Positions 1 to 9,821 of a stretch of 64,000 nucleotides of DNA are shown in pieces. Source of the DNA: Candidatus Zipacnadia bacterium (GTDB lineage Bacteria > Armatimonadota > Zipacnadia > Zipacnadales > UBA5352); contig JALGSW010000047.1 in NCBI GenBank assembly GCA_029821635.1, positions 5,026-69,025 on the forward strand, given 5' to 3'. The notes under the pieces were generated by a model. The model saw only the letters and a program-made list of their open reading frames with translations, did not search any database and was not told the DNA's origin. A program made the position numbers and the translations under genes. The first letter of the stretch is position 1. Each line of letters starts with the position of its first letter.

Positions 1-420
1 CAGGCTGACCTGGGCGGACTAGGGGCCGGAGAGGCCATGGGCCGGCTGGCCTCGACCATCGGTCTGCTCGCCGAGATCTGGGAGATGCCTCCCGATGAGC
101 GGCGCAAGCTCTGCCCGCAGATCGAGGAGTTCGCGGTCCGGTTGCTCGAGGCGTTCTACATGCGCGAGGAGGACATCGACGCGCATATCGAGCGACTGGC
201 ACGCGACTGGACCCTCGAACGCATGCCCGCCACAGATCGCAACGTGCTGCGCGTGGCGGCGGCGGAGCTGCTCGGCATGCCCGAGACACCGGTGAGTGTG
301 GTGTTCAACGAGGCGGTCGAGCTGGCGAAGACCTACGGCACCCCGGCTTCGGGCAAGTTCGTGAACGGGGTGCTCGCCACCCTCGCGCGTGAAGAGGGCC
401 TGACATCGGAGAAGGCGTGA
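1..420 (+). CDS. nusB: Transcription antitermination factor NusB (N-terminus probably cut by window edge)
   Basis: ORF 37..420. DRNVLRVAAAELL...VVFNEAVELAKTYGTPASGKFVNGVLA is the conserved NusB C-terminal half. The frame is open back to nt 1 and the usual N-terminal helices are short after M37, so the true start may lie upstream. Confidence 0.8.
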   Translation, partial: QADLGGLGAGEAMGRLASTIGLLAEIWEMPPDERRKLCPQIEEFAVRLLEAFYMREEDIDAHIERLARDWTLERMPATDRNVLRVAAAELLGMPETPVSVVFNEAVELAKTYGTPASGKFVNGVLATLAREEGLTSEKA

Positions 421-1946
421 GCCCGATGACGGAGAGCCGCGCGTCCGGGGAGCTCTCGCTGTCGGTCTCGGAGTTGACCGCGTACGTCAAGCGGCTGATC
501 GACCGCGACGAGGTGCTCAATCAGGTCTCGGTGCGCGGCGAGATCTCCAACTTCACCGCCCATCGCTCGGGGCATCTCTACTTCTCCCTCAAGGACGAGG
601 GCAGCCAGCTCAGTTGCGTCTGCTTCCGCGGCGACGCCTGCCGGCTGGGCTTCGAGCCAGAGCACGGGCAGCGGGTCATCGCGCACGGGAACGTGACGGT
701 GTACGAGGCGCGCGGTCAGTACCAGCTCATCGTGCGCGCGATGCGCCCTGACGGCGCGGGCGAGCTGGCGGCGGCGATCGCGAAGCTGCGGGCGAAGCTC
801 GAGGCGGAGGGCCTCTTCGAGCCATCGCGCAAGCGCCCTCTCCCCCGCTTCCCCAGGCGCATCGCACTGGTGACGTCGCCCACCGGAGCGGCCGTGCGCG
901 ATCTGATCAGCGTGATCTCGCGGCGCTTCCCGCCCGCGCACGTGATCGTCGTGCCGACGGTGGTGCAGGGCGAGGCCGCGCCCGACGCAGTCGTGCGCTC
1001 AATCGGCCTCGCGACCAGCGCATGCCGGGCGGACCTCGTGATCGTCGCGCGCGGCGGAGGATCACTGGAGGACCTCTGGGCGTTCTATGATGAGAGGGTC
1101 GTGCGCGCGGTCTTCGCCTGCCCGGTTCCGGTGATCAGCGCGGTCGGGCATGAGACCGACGTGAGCCTCTGCGACGAGGTAGCCGACCTGCGTGCCCCCA
1201 CACCATCGGCGGCGGGCGAGTTGGCAGTGCCGGATGTGCACGACCTCGCGGCAACGCTGGACCGGCTTGGCGGGCGGGCGCTGAGCGCGCTGGAGCGCGT
1301 GCTGACGATCGGCGGCTCCCGGCTGGGCGCGATCTGCACCCGGCCGATGATCGAGCGGCCGCTGAGCGTCGTTGAGCCACGCTGGCAGCGCCTCGATGAG
1401 GCGGCAGTGCGCGTGGTGCGCGCGCTGGGCGTGGCGACGGAGCGGCTGCACGAGCGCCTCGCCCGGACCGATCTGACGCTGCGGGCCCGTGACGCGCGGC
1501 TGCGCAGGCGGCTGCTGGGGCTCGAGGAGCGGCGGTTCGTGGTTGCGGAGGCAGGGCGCAGGAGCCAAACGGCGCTGGAGCGCGCGGTCGAGCGGCGGGA
1601 GGCGCGGGTGGCGGCTGCCGGAGGGAAGCTCACGCCACGCGTGACGGGCATGGACACGCTCTCGCTGGGCATCGACCGGCTCGACCAGCGCGGGAGGACG
1701 GCCGTCGCGCGGGGAGCCGAGCGGCTCGGGGCGCGGATGCACGCGGCCCAGGCGTCGCTGCGGGCGCTTGATCCGACGAAGGTGCTTGAGCGAGGCTACG
1801 CGCTGGTCTGGCGGCAGAGCGACCAGCGGCTGGTGCGCAGCGTCGAGCAGGTTCAGCCCGACGAGGGCATACACGTCTCAGTCGCCGATGGCAGGATCGA
1901 CGCGCAGGTGACCGGGACAGTCACGGAGAGCGCCGACGATGTCTGA
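417..1946 (+). CDS. xseA: Exodeoxyribonuclease VII large subunit
   Basis: 509-aa ORF. N-terminal OB-fold signature LSVSELTAYVKRLIDRDEVLNQVSVRGEISNF..GHLYFSLKD. GTG start overlaps nusB stop (GTGA). Confidence 0.9.
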   Translation: MSPMTESRASGELSLSVSELTAYVKRLIDRDEVLNQVSVRGEISNFTAHRSGHLYFSLKDEGSQLSCVCFRGDACRLGFEPEHGQRVIAHGNVTVYEARGQYQLIVRAMRPDGAGELAAAIAKLRAKLEAEGLFEPSRKRPLPRFPRRIALVTSPTGAAVRDLISVISRRFPPAHVIVVPTVVQGEAAPDAVVRSIGLATSACRADLVIVARGGGSLEDLWAFYDERVVRAVFACPVPVISAVGHETDVSLCDEVADLRAPTPSAAGELAVPDVHDLAATLDRLGGRALSALERVLTIGGSRLGAICTRPMIERPLSVVEPRWQRLDEAAVRVVRALGVATERLHERLARTDLTLRARDARLRRRLLGLEERRFVVAEAGRRSQTALERAVERREARVAAAGGKLTPRVTGMDTLSLGIDRLDQRGRTAVARGAERLGARMHAAQASLRALDPTKVLERGYALVWRQSDQRLVRSVEQVQPDEGIHVSVADGRIDAQVTGTVTESADDV

Positions 1947-2208
1947 GAATGACAGGCCGGTTGAGGAACTCGGGTTCGAAGAGGCGCTCGGCGAGCTGGA
2001 GCAGATCGTCGAGGAGCTTGAGGGTGGGCAGGTCGAGCTGGAGCGTATGCTCGATCGTTTCGAGCGCGCGATGGCGCTGCGCAAGCGCTGTGCGGCGCTG
2101 CTCGCGGACGCCGAAACGCGGATAGAGCAGCTTGTGAATGAGGAGGGAGCCACCGCGCCCTTCTCCACGCGCGCGAGCGCCGGTGATAGTAATGCCGATC
2201 AGACTTGA
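1939..2208 (+). CDS. xseB: Exodeoxyribonuclease VII small subunit
   Basis: 89-aa ORF with FEEALGELEQIVEELEGG..ELE motif. Start overlaps xseA stop by 8 nt. Confidence 0.9.
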   Translation: MSENDRPVEELGFEEALGELEQIVEELEGGQVELERMLDRFERAMALRKRCAALLADAETRIEQLVNEEGATAPFSTRASAGDSNADQT

Positions 2209-4066
2209 AGACATACATTCGCCCGCCGATCTGAAGGGTCTGAGCATCTCCGAGCTGGAGGCGCTGGCCGCACAGATCCGCGAGCGCATCATCACGACCG
2301 TCGCCGGGACAGGGGGCCACCTGGCCTCGAACCTCGGCGTGGTTGAACTGACGCTGGCGCTGCACGCGGTGCTCAACTCGCCCGTGGACAAGATCGTGTG
2401 GGACGTCAGCCACCAGTGCTACACGCACAAGCTCCTGACCGGGCGCCAGGATGAGTTCGCCACGCTGCGGCAGTACGAGGGGCTGGCGGGCTTCACCAAG
2501 CGCAGCGAGAGCGAGCACGATCCGTTCGGCGCCGGGCATGGTAGCACGTCGATCTCGGCGGCGCTGGGCTTCGCGAAGGCGCGCGACCTGCGTCACTCGC
2601 CCGAGCACATCGTCGCGATCATCGGCGACGGCGCGCTCACCGGCGGGCTGGCCTTCGAGGGCCTCAACGCCGCCGGGCACCTGGGCGCGGACATCACGGT
2701 ATTGCTCAATGACAATGAGATGTCGATCGCGAAGAACGTCGGCGCGCTTTCGTCGCACCTGGCGATGCTGCGGGCGAACGTGACTCCGGCGATCCGGCGG
2801 GCCCGCGAGGACCTCGCGCGGATGCTCGAACGGCTGCCGATGGGGCAGTCGATGGTGCTGGCGATGGACCGCTTCCGCGACGGCGTCAAGGGCATGATCA
2901 TTCCGGGGATGCTGTTCGAGACGCTCGGCTTCACCTACCTCGGGCCGATCGACGGGCACGACATCGCGGAGATGACGGAGATGCTCGGGCAGGCCGTTCG
3001 GCTGCCCGGACCGGTGCTGGTGCACGCCTTCACGCAGAAGGGCCGCGGCTACAAGCCCGCGGAGGAGGACCCGCGCAGCTTCCACTCGACCGGCGGGTTC
3101 GACGTGAAGACGGGCAAGTCCGAGAAGAAGCGCAAGGCGCGCACCTACAGCGCCGTCTTCGGCGACACGCTCTGCCGGGCGGCGGAGAGTGATGAGCGGA
3201 TCGTGGCGATCACCGCCGCGATGCTGGACGGGACGGGCGTGGAGTGCTTCAACCGGCGCTACCCCGAGCGGACCTTCGACGTGGGGCTGGCGGAGGAGCA
3301 CGCGGTGACCTTCGCGGCGGGCCTCGCGGCGGCAGGGATGAAGCCTGTCGTAGCGGTCTATTCGACCTTCCTGCAGCGCTCGTACGATCAGGTCATCCAC
3401 GACGTGGCGCTGCAGAACCTGCCTGTGGTCTTCGCACTGGACCGAGCCGGGCTGGTCGGCGATGACGGCCCGACGCATCACGGTGTCTTCGACCTGGCGT
3501 ACATGCGGCAGGTGCCGGAGATGACGGTGATGGCGCCGGCGGACGAGGCGGACATGCAGGACATGCTCGTGACCGCGCTGGCGCTGGAGGGCCCCTCGAG
3601 CGTGCGCTACCCGCGCGGCGAGGGCGAGGGGGTCGAGGTGGCGCGCGAGCCGGAGGCGCTGCCGGTGGGCAAGGCGAAGGTCCTGCGCGAGGGCGCGGAC
3701 GTGGCGATTCTCGCGGTCGGACCGCTGGCGCACCGCGCCGTGGAGGCGGCGGAGGTGCTGGCGGAGGAGGGGATCGAGGCCGCCGTGGTCAACGTTCGTT
3801 TTGTGAAGCCGATGGACGAGGAGCTTTTCCGCACATTGGCGCAGCAGACGGGTGCGCTGGTGACGGTGGAGGAGGGCATCCTCGCCGGCGGCTTCGGCTC
3901 CGCCGTGGCCGAGATGCTTGCCGACGCGGGGATGCACGAGGTGCGGCTGCGGCGGCTGGGGATCGGCGACGAGTTCGTTCAGGCGGGCGGGAACGATCTG
4001 CTGCTGGCGCAGTGGAACCTGAACGCGGATGGAATCGCCGAATCAGTGCGCGGCCTGCTCGGCTGA
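2192..4066 (+). CDS. dxs: 1-deoxy-D-xylulose-5-phosphate synthase
   Basis: MPIRLEDIHSPADLKGLSISELEALAAQIRERII, GHGSTSISAALG and IGDGALTGG (TPP motif) with full-length similarity to Dxs. ORF-track start 2138 trimmed to ATG at 2192. Confidence 0.95.
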   Translation: MPIRLEDIHSPADLKGLSISELEALAAQIRERIITTVAGTGGHLASNLGVVELTLALHAVLNSPVDKIVWDVSHQCYTHKLLTGRQDEFATLRQYEGLAGFTKRSESEHDPFGAGHGSTSISAALGFAKARDLRHSPEHIVAIIGDGALTGGLAFEGLNAAGHLGADITVLLNDNEMSIAKNVGALSSHLAMLRANVTPAIRRAREDLARMLERLPMGQSMVLAMDRFRDGVKGMIIPGMLFETLGFTYLGPIDGHDIAEMTEMLGQAVRLPGPVLVHAFTQKGRGYKPAEEDPRSFHSTGGFDVKTGKSEKKRKARTYSAVFGDTLCRAAESDERIVAITAAMLDGTGVECFNRRYPERTFDVGLAEEHAVTFAAGLAAAGMKPVVAVYSTFLQRSYDQVIHDVALQNLPVVFALDRAGLVGDDGPTHHGVFDLAYMRQVPEMTVMAPADEADMQDMLVTALALEGPSSVRYPRGEGEGVEVAREPEALPVGKAKVLREGADVAILAVGPLAHRAVEAAEVLAEEGIEAAVVNVRFVKPMDEELFRTLAQQTGALVTVEEGILAGGFGSAVAEMLADAGMHEVRLRRLGIGDEFVQAGGNDLLLAQWNLNADGIAESVRGLLG

Positions 4067-4166
4067 CGCGCGTTTGGCGCAAGTTGCGGCGTGCGCGCGC
4101 GCCGGGAGGCGCATGCGCCGCCGGGGGCAGCAGGTGACAACCAGGCTCACAAGGAGTGGTCGCGAG

Positions 4167-5654
4167 ATGGCACATGGCAACATGGGGCGCTGGAGCGTTG
4201 CGCTGATGGTCGTGGCGATCTTGGGGACCGGCTGCTGTTGCGCATGGGCACAGGACGAGGACCCGGGGCTGACGAGTTTCAACCAGGGCGTTGCGGACTA
4301 CGAGGCCGGCCAGCTCGAGCAGGCGCGCGACGCCTTCGCGGCGGCGCTGCAGGCTCGGCCGGATGACCCGACGATCCTGGTCTGGCTCGGCTCCGTCTCC
4401 CTGCAACTGGGTGACACCGAGGCGGCCATCGCGAACCTGCGCAAGGCGATTGAACAGGACCCCGACTACGCGGTCAGCTACAACAACCTCGGAAACGCCT
4501 ACCTCGCGACGGGGGACCTCACGCGAGCCGAGGAGCAGTATGTGAGAGCCATGGAGTTGGACCCGCAGTACTTCGATGCGGAGTACAACCTCGCCAACCT
4601 CTACGCGCGGCAGAGCCAGTTCGAGAAGGCGTACAACGCCTACAACCGAGCATTGGAGATCGACCCCAACGACTTCGAAGCGCACGTCTCCTTCGGCCAC
4701 GCACTGCGCAAGGCGAGCGATCCGAAGGCCCTGCGCGAGTTCGAAGCCGCGCGTGACCTCAACCCACAGGACGCCCCGGTGCAGACGGTCCTCGGCACGC
4801 TCTACGTCAAGGCGGGCCAGTGGGATGACGCGATCGCGGCCTACGAAGCGGCGCTGGCGGTCGATCAGGAGATCGTCGAGGCGCACGTGGGCATCGGGCT
4901 CGCGCTCTACAACACCGGCGAGTACCAGGCAGCGGCGCAGCACTGGTCCACGGCCGCGGCCCTCGACTCGACGAGCTTCGCCGCGCGCTACAACATGGGC
5001 CTGGCCTACGAGGCGCTGAAGGACTACGGGCAGGCCGCGAGCGCGTATGAGGCCGCGCTGCAGATCCGCCCCGATGACGCCAATACGCTCAACAACCTCG
5101 GCTCCGCGCTGCACGAGCAGGGCAAGTCCGAGGAGGCCGCGGGGTACTTCCGTCAGGCGATTGCGGCGAACCCCGACCTGCAGGTGGCGCACCTGAACCT
5201 GGCGCTGGCGCTGGAGGCGGCGGGCAATACGCAGGAGGCGCTCGCGCAGTGGCAGCAGGCCACCACGCGCTTCCCGGACGTGGCGGCGGCGCACTGCGGA
5301 CTGGCGAACCGCTACTACGGGCAGAAGGACTACGACCGGGCGCTCCCCGCCTACCTGCGCACGCTGGAACTGCAGCCGGACAACCTCGAGGCGCACAACA
5401 ACCTGGGGCTGATCTACTACCGCAAGGGCGAGCTTGCCGAGGCGGTCGTGCACTTCCGCGACGCGCTGCGCGTGAATCCGAACTACGTCTATGCGCTGAA
5501 CAACCTCGGGGTCGCGCTGGAGAAGCAGGACAAGCTGACTGAGGCGCTGGACCAGTACCGCAAGGCGCTGGAGATCGACCCGAGCTACGCGCCTGCGAAG
5601 AGCAACTTCGACCGCCTGGAGAAGAAGCTGGGCACAGGCGCGGCGACGGGCTAG
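4167..5654 (+). CDS. Secreted/lipoprotein-like tetratricopeptide (TPR) repeat protein
   Basis: Start moved to ATG 4167 (AAGGAG 10 nt upstream). Signal-like MAHGNMGRWSVALMVVAILGTGCCC, followed by about 13 tandem 34-aa TPR units (..A...Y..AL.L.P....A..NLG..). Confidence 0.8.
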   Translation: MAHGNMGRWSVALMVVAILGTGCCCAWAQDEDPGLTSFNQGVADYEAGQLEQARDAFAAALQARPDDPTILVWLGSVSLQLGDTEAAIANLRKAIEQDPDYAVSYNNLGNAYLATGDLTRAEEQYVRAMELDPQYFDAEYNLANLYARQSQFEKAYNAYNRALEIDPNDFEAHVSFGHALRKASDPKALREFEAARDLNPQDAPVQTVLGTLYVKAGQWDDAIAAYEAALAVDQEIVEAHVGIGLALYNTGEYQAAAQHWSTAAALDSTSFAARYNMGLAYEALKDYGQAASAYEAALQIRPDDANTLNNLGSALHEQGKSEEAAGYFRQAIAANPDLQVAHLNLALALEAAGNTQEALAQWQQATTRFPDVAAAHCGLANRYYGQKDYDRALPAYLRTLELQPDNLEAHNNLGLIYYRKGELAEAVVHFRDALRVNPNYVYALNNLGVALEKQDKLTEALDQYRKALEIDPSYAPAKSNFDRLEKKLGTGAATG

Positions 5655-5804
5655 CCGGGAGCTGCAGGCCGGTGCCGTTGGAGGGGCCGCCCCGACGCGA
5701 AGCGGAGGGGTCAGACGGCGCCAGCCGGCTGAGCCGCTGTGCCGGCCCGCCGTTGTGACGAGCGAAGCGGGACGCAGACGAGGACGCAACCGGAAGGGAC
5801 TTTC

Positions 5805-6683
5805 ATGCCGGAGCCGATCAAGAGCGTCGGGATCGTCACCGCGCTGCACAAGCCGCGGGCGCAGGAGGCCACACGCAGGGCCGTGGAGCTGCTCGAGCAA
5901 GCGGGGGCCGAGGTGGTGTTCAGCGAGGCGCTGGCTGAGGCCTGCGGCCTCGGAGGCACGCCTTGCACCGACGTGGTGGAGGCGCGTCCGGACCTGATGC
6001 TGGTGATGGGCGGCGACGGAACGTTCCTCTCCGCCGCGCGCATGATGGCGCCGATCGCCACGCCGCTGCTGGGCGTGGACCTCGGCGGCTTCGGCTTCCT
6101 CGCGGAGGAGGAGCCGTCGTGGGTGCTCGATGAGATCGAGCGCATCCTCTCCGGCGAGTTCACGATCGACGAGCGCATCATGCTGGCCGTGAAGCTGCAC
6201 CGCGATGGTGAGACGGTCGCGGAGCTGCTGGGCCTCAATGACGCGGTGATGGCGACCGGCAGCTTCCGGCGCCTCGTGACGCTGACGCTGCGCGTGAACG
6301 AGACCGGGCCGACGCGCTTCGGCGCGGACGGGCTGATCGTCTCGACGCCGACCGGCTCCACCGCTTACTCGCTCTCGGCGGGCGGCGCGATCGTCCACCC
6401 GAACGTGCAGGCGATCCTGATCACCGCGATCTGCCCGCACACGCTCTCGATGCGGCCGCTGGTGATCGACGCGGGCAGCACCGTGAGCGTGACCATCGAG
6501 CCCTCGCGCGAGCCGCAGGAGGGCCTGGCACTGACGATCGACGGGCAGGAGACGGTGGGCCTCGAGCCAGACGACGAGGTGGTGGTAACGCGCGCGGAAT
6601 GCCGGGCGCGCGTGGTGCGCCTCGGGCGCAGGACGTTCTACGACCGGCTGCGGACGAAACTTCGTTGGGGGGACACGCGCTAG
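5805..6683 (+). CDS. nadK: NAD kinase
   Basis: GGDGTFL motif, NDAV, GLIVSTPTGSTAYSLSAGG. Start set to ATG 5805 with GGAAGGGA RBS. Confidence 0.9.
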   Translation: MPEPIKSVGIVTALHKPRAQEATRRAVELLEQAGAEVVFSEALAEACGLGGTPCTDVVEARPDLMLVMGGDGTFLSAARMMAPIATPLLGVDLGGFGFLAEEEPSWVLDEIERILSGEFTIDERIMLAVKLHRDGETVAELLGLNDAVMATGSFRRLVTLTLRVNETGPTRFGADGLIVSTPTGSTAYSLSAGGAIVHPNVQAILITAICPHTLSMRPLVIDAGSTVSVTIEPSREPQEGLALTIDGQETVGLEPDDEVVVTRAECRARVVRLGRRTFYDRLRTKLRWGDTR

Positions 6684-6734
6684 GCCAGCGCCCCTTCCCC
6701 GGCGGTCCATCGGAAACGGCAGGGCACCGCACAG

Positions 6735-8504
6735 ATGCTTCGGACCCTTCGGATTGCGAACTTCGCGCTGATCGACGAGTTGGAGATCGACTTTGCGCCC
6801 GGCCTGATCGCGCTCACCGGCGAGACGGGCGCGGGCAAGTCGATCATCGTCGATGCGCTCAACGCCGCCCTCGGCGAGCGCGTGACCTCCGACGCGATCC
6901 GCGGCGGGGCCGACCGCGCCAACGTCGAGGCGGTCTTCGACCTCGCCGATGCGCCGGCGGCTCACGCGGCGGCCGAGGGCGCGGGCATCGCCGCCGGCGA
7001 CGGGCGCATCTCGCTGACGCGCACGATCGCGTCGGGGCGCAGCTACTACCGCATCTGCGGTGAGCCGTCCACGATGGCCGACCTGCGCGCGATCGGCGAG
7101 CACCTGGCGGACATCCACGGCCAGCACGAGCATCAGTCGCTGATCCACGAGCGCAGCCACCGGCACTTCCTCGACGCATTCGGCGGCCCGGAGCACCTGG
7201 CGCTGCTGGAGCATTTCGGCGAGACGTGGGGCGAGCTGCGCGAGGCGCGTCGGAGGCGGGAGAAACTCGCCACCGACGAGCGCACGCGCGCCCAGCGCCT
7301 CGACCTGCTCCGCTACCAGGTGCAGGAACTTGACGACGCCGGCCTCTCGCCCGACGAGGACGACGAGCTGGCAGCAGAGCGCGAGCGCCTGATGCACTAC
7401 GAGAAGCTCCGCGACGGGCTGATCGCGGCGTGGGACGCGCTGCACGGCGAGGACGAGTCGGGCGGCGCGGTCGAGCAGCTCCGCGTGGCGCAGAACAGCG
7501 TCGATGAGCTGGCGAAGATCGACGCGAAGCTCGCGCCGGCGGCCGAGGCGCTGCTCGACGCGGTCTCGCAGGCCGACGACGCCGCGCGCGCGGTCCGGGC
7601 GTACCTGGAGACGCTGGAGGAAGATCCGGAGCGGATCAACGAGGTCGAAGCGCGGCTGAACCTGATCGCGGGCCTGAAGCGCAAGTACGGCGACAGCGTG
7701 CGCCACATGCTGCAGTTCCGCGAGCAGGCTCAGGCGGAGACCGACGAACTGGAGGGCGCGGAGCAGTCGGCCGGGGAGCTTGGCGGGCGCATCGAGGCGC
7801 TGGAGCAGGAGGCCGGGCGGCGCGCCGAGGCGCTCTCGCAGGTGCGCCGCGAGCTCGGCGAACAGCTCGCGCAGCGCGTCGAGGAGGAGCTGCGGCCGCT
7901 CGGGATGGACCGCGCGCGCTTCGAGGTGGCCGTCGAGGCCGACGCGGATGAGCAGGGCCTGCCGGACGCCGAGGGCCGGCGCTGGGCCGCCGACTCGGGC
8001 GGGATCGACCGCGTGCGCTTCATGCTCAGCGCGAACCCGGGCGAGGCGCTCAAGCCGCTCGCGAGCGTGGCGTCGGGCGGGGAGCTCTCGCGCGTGATGC
8101 TGGTCTTCAAGTCGATCTGCGCGGCCGGGAGCGCGGTGCCGACAATCGTTTTCGACGAGGTGGACGCAAACATCGGAGGCCACACCGCGCTGGCGGTGGC
8201 GGAGAAGCTCGTGGCGGTGTCGGGCTGGGCGCAGGTGCTGTGCATCACGCACCTGCCGCAGATCGCCTGCCACGCCGATACGCACCTGCAGGTGAGTAAG
8301 TCCGTGGAGGGCGACCGCACGTTCGTGGCAGTGGCCGAACTGACCGGTGAGGAGCGCGTCTCAGAGATTGCGCGGATGATGGGCCAAAGCGACACGGCCA
8401 CCACCGCGCGGAGCAACGCCGCGGAGATGCTGGCCGAGGCCACGCGGACCCGCGAGCGCGTACGAGGCGCGTCAGGACAGCAGCTCAGACTGACTGAGAG
8501 ATGA
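6735..8504 (+). CDS. recN: DNA repair protein RecN
   Basis: MLRTLRIANFALIDELEIDF..LTGETGAGKSIIVDAL (Walker A), long coiled-coil middle, C-terminal SGGELSRVMLV...VFDEVDANIGG. Confidence 0.95.
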   Translation: MLRTLRIANFALIDELEIDFAPGLIALTGETGAGKSIIVDALNAALGERVTSDAIRGGADRANVEAVFDLADAPAAHAAAEGAGIAAGDGRISLTRTIASGRSYYRICGEPSTMADLRAIGEHLADIHGQHEHQSLIHERSHRHFLDAFGGPEHLALLEHFGETWGELREARRRREKLATDERTRAQRLDLLRYQVQELDDAGLSPDEDDELAAERERLMHYEKLRDGLIAAWDALHGEDESGGAVEQLRVAQNSVDELAKIDAKLAPAAEALLDAVSQADDAARAVRAYLETLEEDPERINEVEARLNLIAGLKRKYGDSVRHMLQFREQAQAETDELEGAEQSAGELGGRIEALEQEAGRRAEALSQVRRELGEQLAQRVEEELRPLGMDRARFEVAVEADADEQGLPDAEGRRWAADSGGIDRVRFMLSANPGEALKPLASVASGGELSRVMLVFKSICAAGSAVPTIVFDEVDANIGGHTALAVAEKLVAVSGWAQVLCITHLPQIACHADTHLQVSKSVEGDRTFVAVAELTGEERVSEIARMMGQSDTATTARSNAAEMLAEATRTRERVRGASGQQLRLTER

Positions 8505-8713
8505 TCGCGATGCCGAAGGCCAAGGTCGATGCGGAGCGCTGCAGACAGTGCATGCTCTGCGTCGAATTCTGCCCGCGCGGGGTGCTGGTCGTGAGCGACC
8601 AGACGAACTCGCGCGGCTTCTATCCGGTCGTGATGCGCGACGAGGAGAAGTGCACGGGGTGCGGGATCTGCGCCCTCGTCTGCCCGAGCGTATGCATCGA
8701 GGTGTACCGATGA
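8501..8713 (+). CDS. 4Fe-4S dicluster ferredoxin, delta subunit of 2-oxoacid:ferredoxin oxidoreductase
   Basis: 70 aa with two CxxCxxCxxxCP motifs (CRQCMLCVEFCP, CTGCGICALVCP). ATGA overlap with the recN stop and with the alpha subunit start. Confidence 0.85.
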   Translation: MIAMPKAKVDAERCRQCMLCVEFCPRGVLVVSDQTNSRGFYPVVMRDEEKCTGCGICALVCPSVCIEVYR

Positions 8714-9795
8714 ACGAGGAACGCAGGCGCGTGTTCATCAGCGGCAACGAGGCGACCGCCGAAGGCGGGATCGCCGGGGGCTGCCGACATTTCTTCGGCT
8801 ACCCGATAACGCCGCAGAACAAGATCCCTGAGTACATGGCCGAGCACCTGCCGCCGATCGGCGGCGTGTATCTGCAGGCCGAGTCGGAGGTTGCGGCGAT
8901 CAACATGGTCTACGGCGCGTCCTCCGCGGGCGCGCGGGTCATGACGACCTCCTCCTCCCCCGGCATCGCGCTGATGCAGGAGGGGCTGTCTTACATGCTC
9001 GGCTCCGAGCTCCCCGCGGTCATCGTCAACATGGTGCGGGGCGGACCGGGCCTGGGCAACGTCGCGGTCGCGCAGTCGGACTACTGGCTCTCCACGCGCG
9101 GCGCGGGCCATGGCGACGGCCGCTGCATCACCCTCACGCCTTACTCGGTGCAGGAGCTGCACAACTTCACCGCCGGGGCGTTTGAGATCGCCGATCGCTA
9201 CCAGAACATCGTGATGGTCCTCGGTGACGCGATCCTCGCCACGATGATGGAGCCGTGCGAGCTGATCCCGCGGCGGGAGATGGAGCCGCCGGGCCGGCCG
9301 TACGCGGTCGGGCCGCACGAGGCGGGCGAGCGCGAGCGCAACATCGTCAACTCGCTGTGGGTGGATTTCGACGCGATGGAAGCAGTCAACATCCGCAACG
9401 AGGAGCGCTACGCGCGCGCCGCCGCGGAGATCACCGACTGGGAGGAGTTCGGCTCCGACGATCCGCAGGTGCTGCTGTGCGCCTATGGCATCTCCGCCCG
9501 GCTGTGCGAGGGCGCGGTCATGCGCGCGGAGGAGGCGGGCGTGCGGCTGCGGCTGCTGCGGCCGAAGACGGTCTTCCCGTTCCCCACCGTGCCGATCCGC
9601 GAGTGGTCGGAGCGCGTGGACGCAATGCTGGTCGTCGAGCTGTCGATGGGGCAGTTCGTCGAAGACGTGCGGCTGGCCGTCGAGGGCCGCTGCCCGGTCG
9701 ATCTGCTCAGCAGGGCGGGCGGGAACATGCCCACCGTCAGCGAGGTGCTGGCGAAGGTGCGGGAGGTCGCGGCGAAGGCAGGCGTGGCGGTCTGA
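8710..9795 (+). CDS. 2-oxoacid:ferredoxin oxidoreductase alpha subunit (Oor/Kor-type D-A-B-C gene order)
   Basis: MNEERRRVFISGNEATAEGGIAGGCRHFFGYPITPQN..., typical KorA/OorA N-terminus. Start at 8710 overlaps the ferredoxin stop. Confidence 0.9.
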   Translation: MNEERRRVFISGNEATAEGGIAGGCRHFFGYPITPQNKIPEYMAEHLPPIGGVYLQAESEVAAINMVYGASSAGARVMTTSSSPGIALMQEGLSYMLGSELPAVIVNMVRGGPGLGNVAVAQSDYWLSTRGAGHGDGRCITLTPYSVQELHNFTAGAFEIADRYQNIVMVLGDAILATMMEPCELIPRREMEPPGRPYAVGPHEAGERERNIVNSLWVDFDAMEAVNIRNEERYARAAAEITDWEEFGSDDPQVLLCAYGISARLCEGAVMRAEEAGVRLRLLRPKTVFPFPTVPIREWSERVDAMLVVELSMGQFVEDVRLAVEGRCPVDLLSRAGGNMPTVSEVLAKVREVAAKAGVAV

Positions 9796-9821
9796 CGCCG
9801 CGCAGGAAGGCACGGACAATC

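Noticed and set aside
2138-2191. ORF-track upstream extensions of several genes (dxs 2138, TPR 4029, nadK 5739, alpha subunit 8548, obg 12642, 17729, 18667, 35070, 37755, 42192, 45274, 46473, 53597..54676, 55692, 60530).
   Set aside because: The extensions overlap upstream genes or intergenic repeats, lack homology and are Arg-rich. Internal ATG/GTG codons with good Shine-Dalgarno spacing coincide with the onset of conserved sequence.
3789-8285. 1498-aa minus-strand ORF. Similar giant antisense ORFs lie at 1853..3937, 19759..24351, 27792..30113, 49867..52023, 54457..55881 and 37749..39179.
   Set aside because: They lie antisense to genes with unmistakable homology (dxs, recN, tyrS, mutS2 and others). 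Their translations are Arg/Ala/Pro/Gly-rich low-complexity sequence. Long stop-free antisense frames are expected in DNA of about 70% GC.
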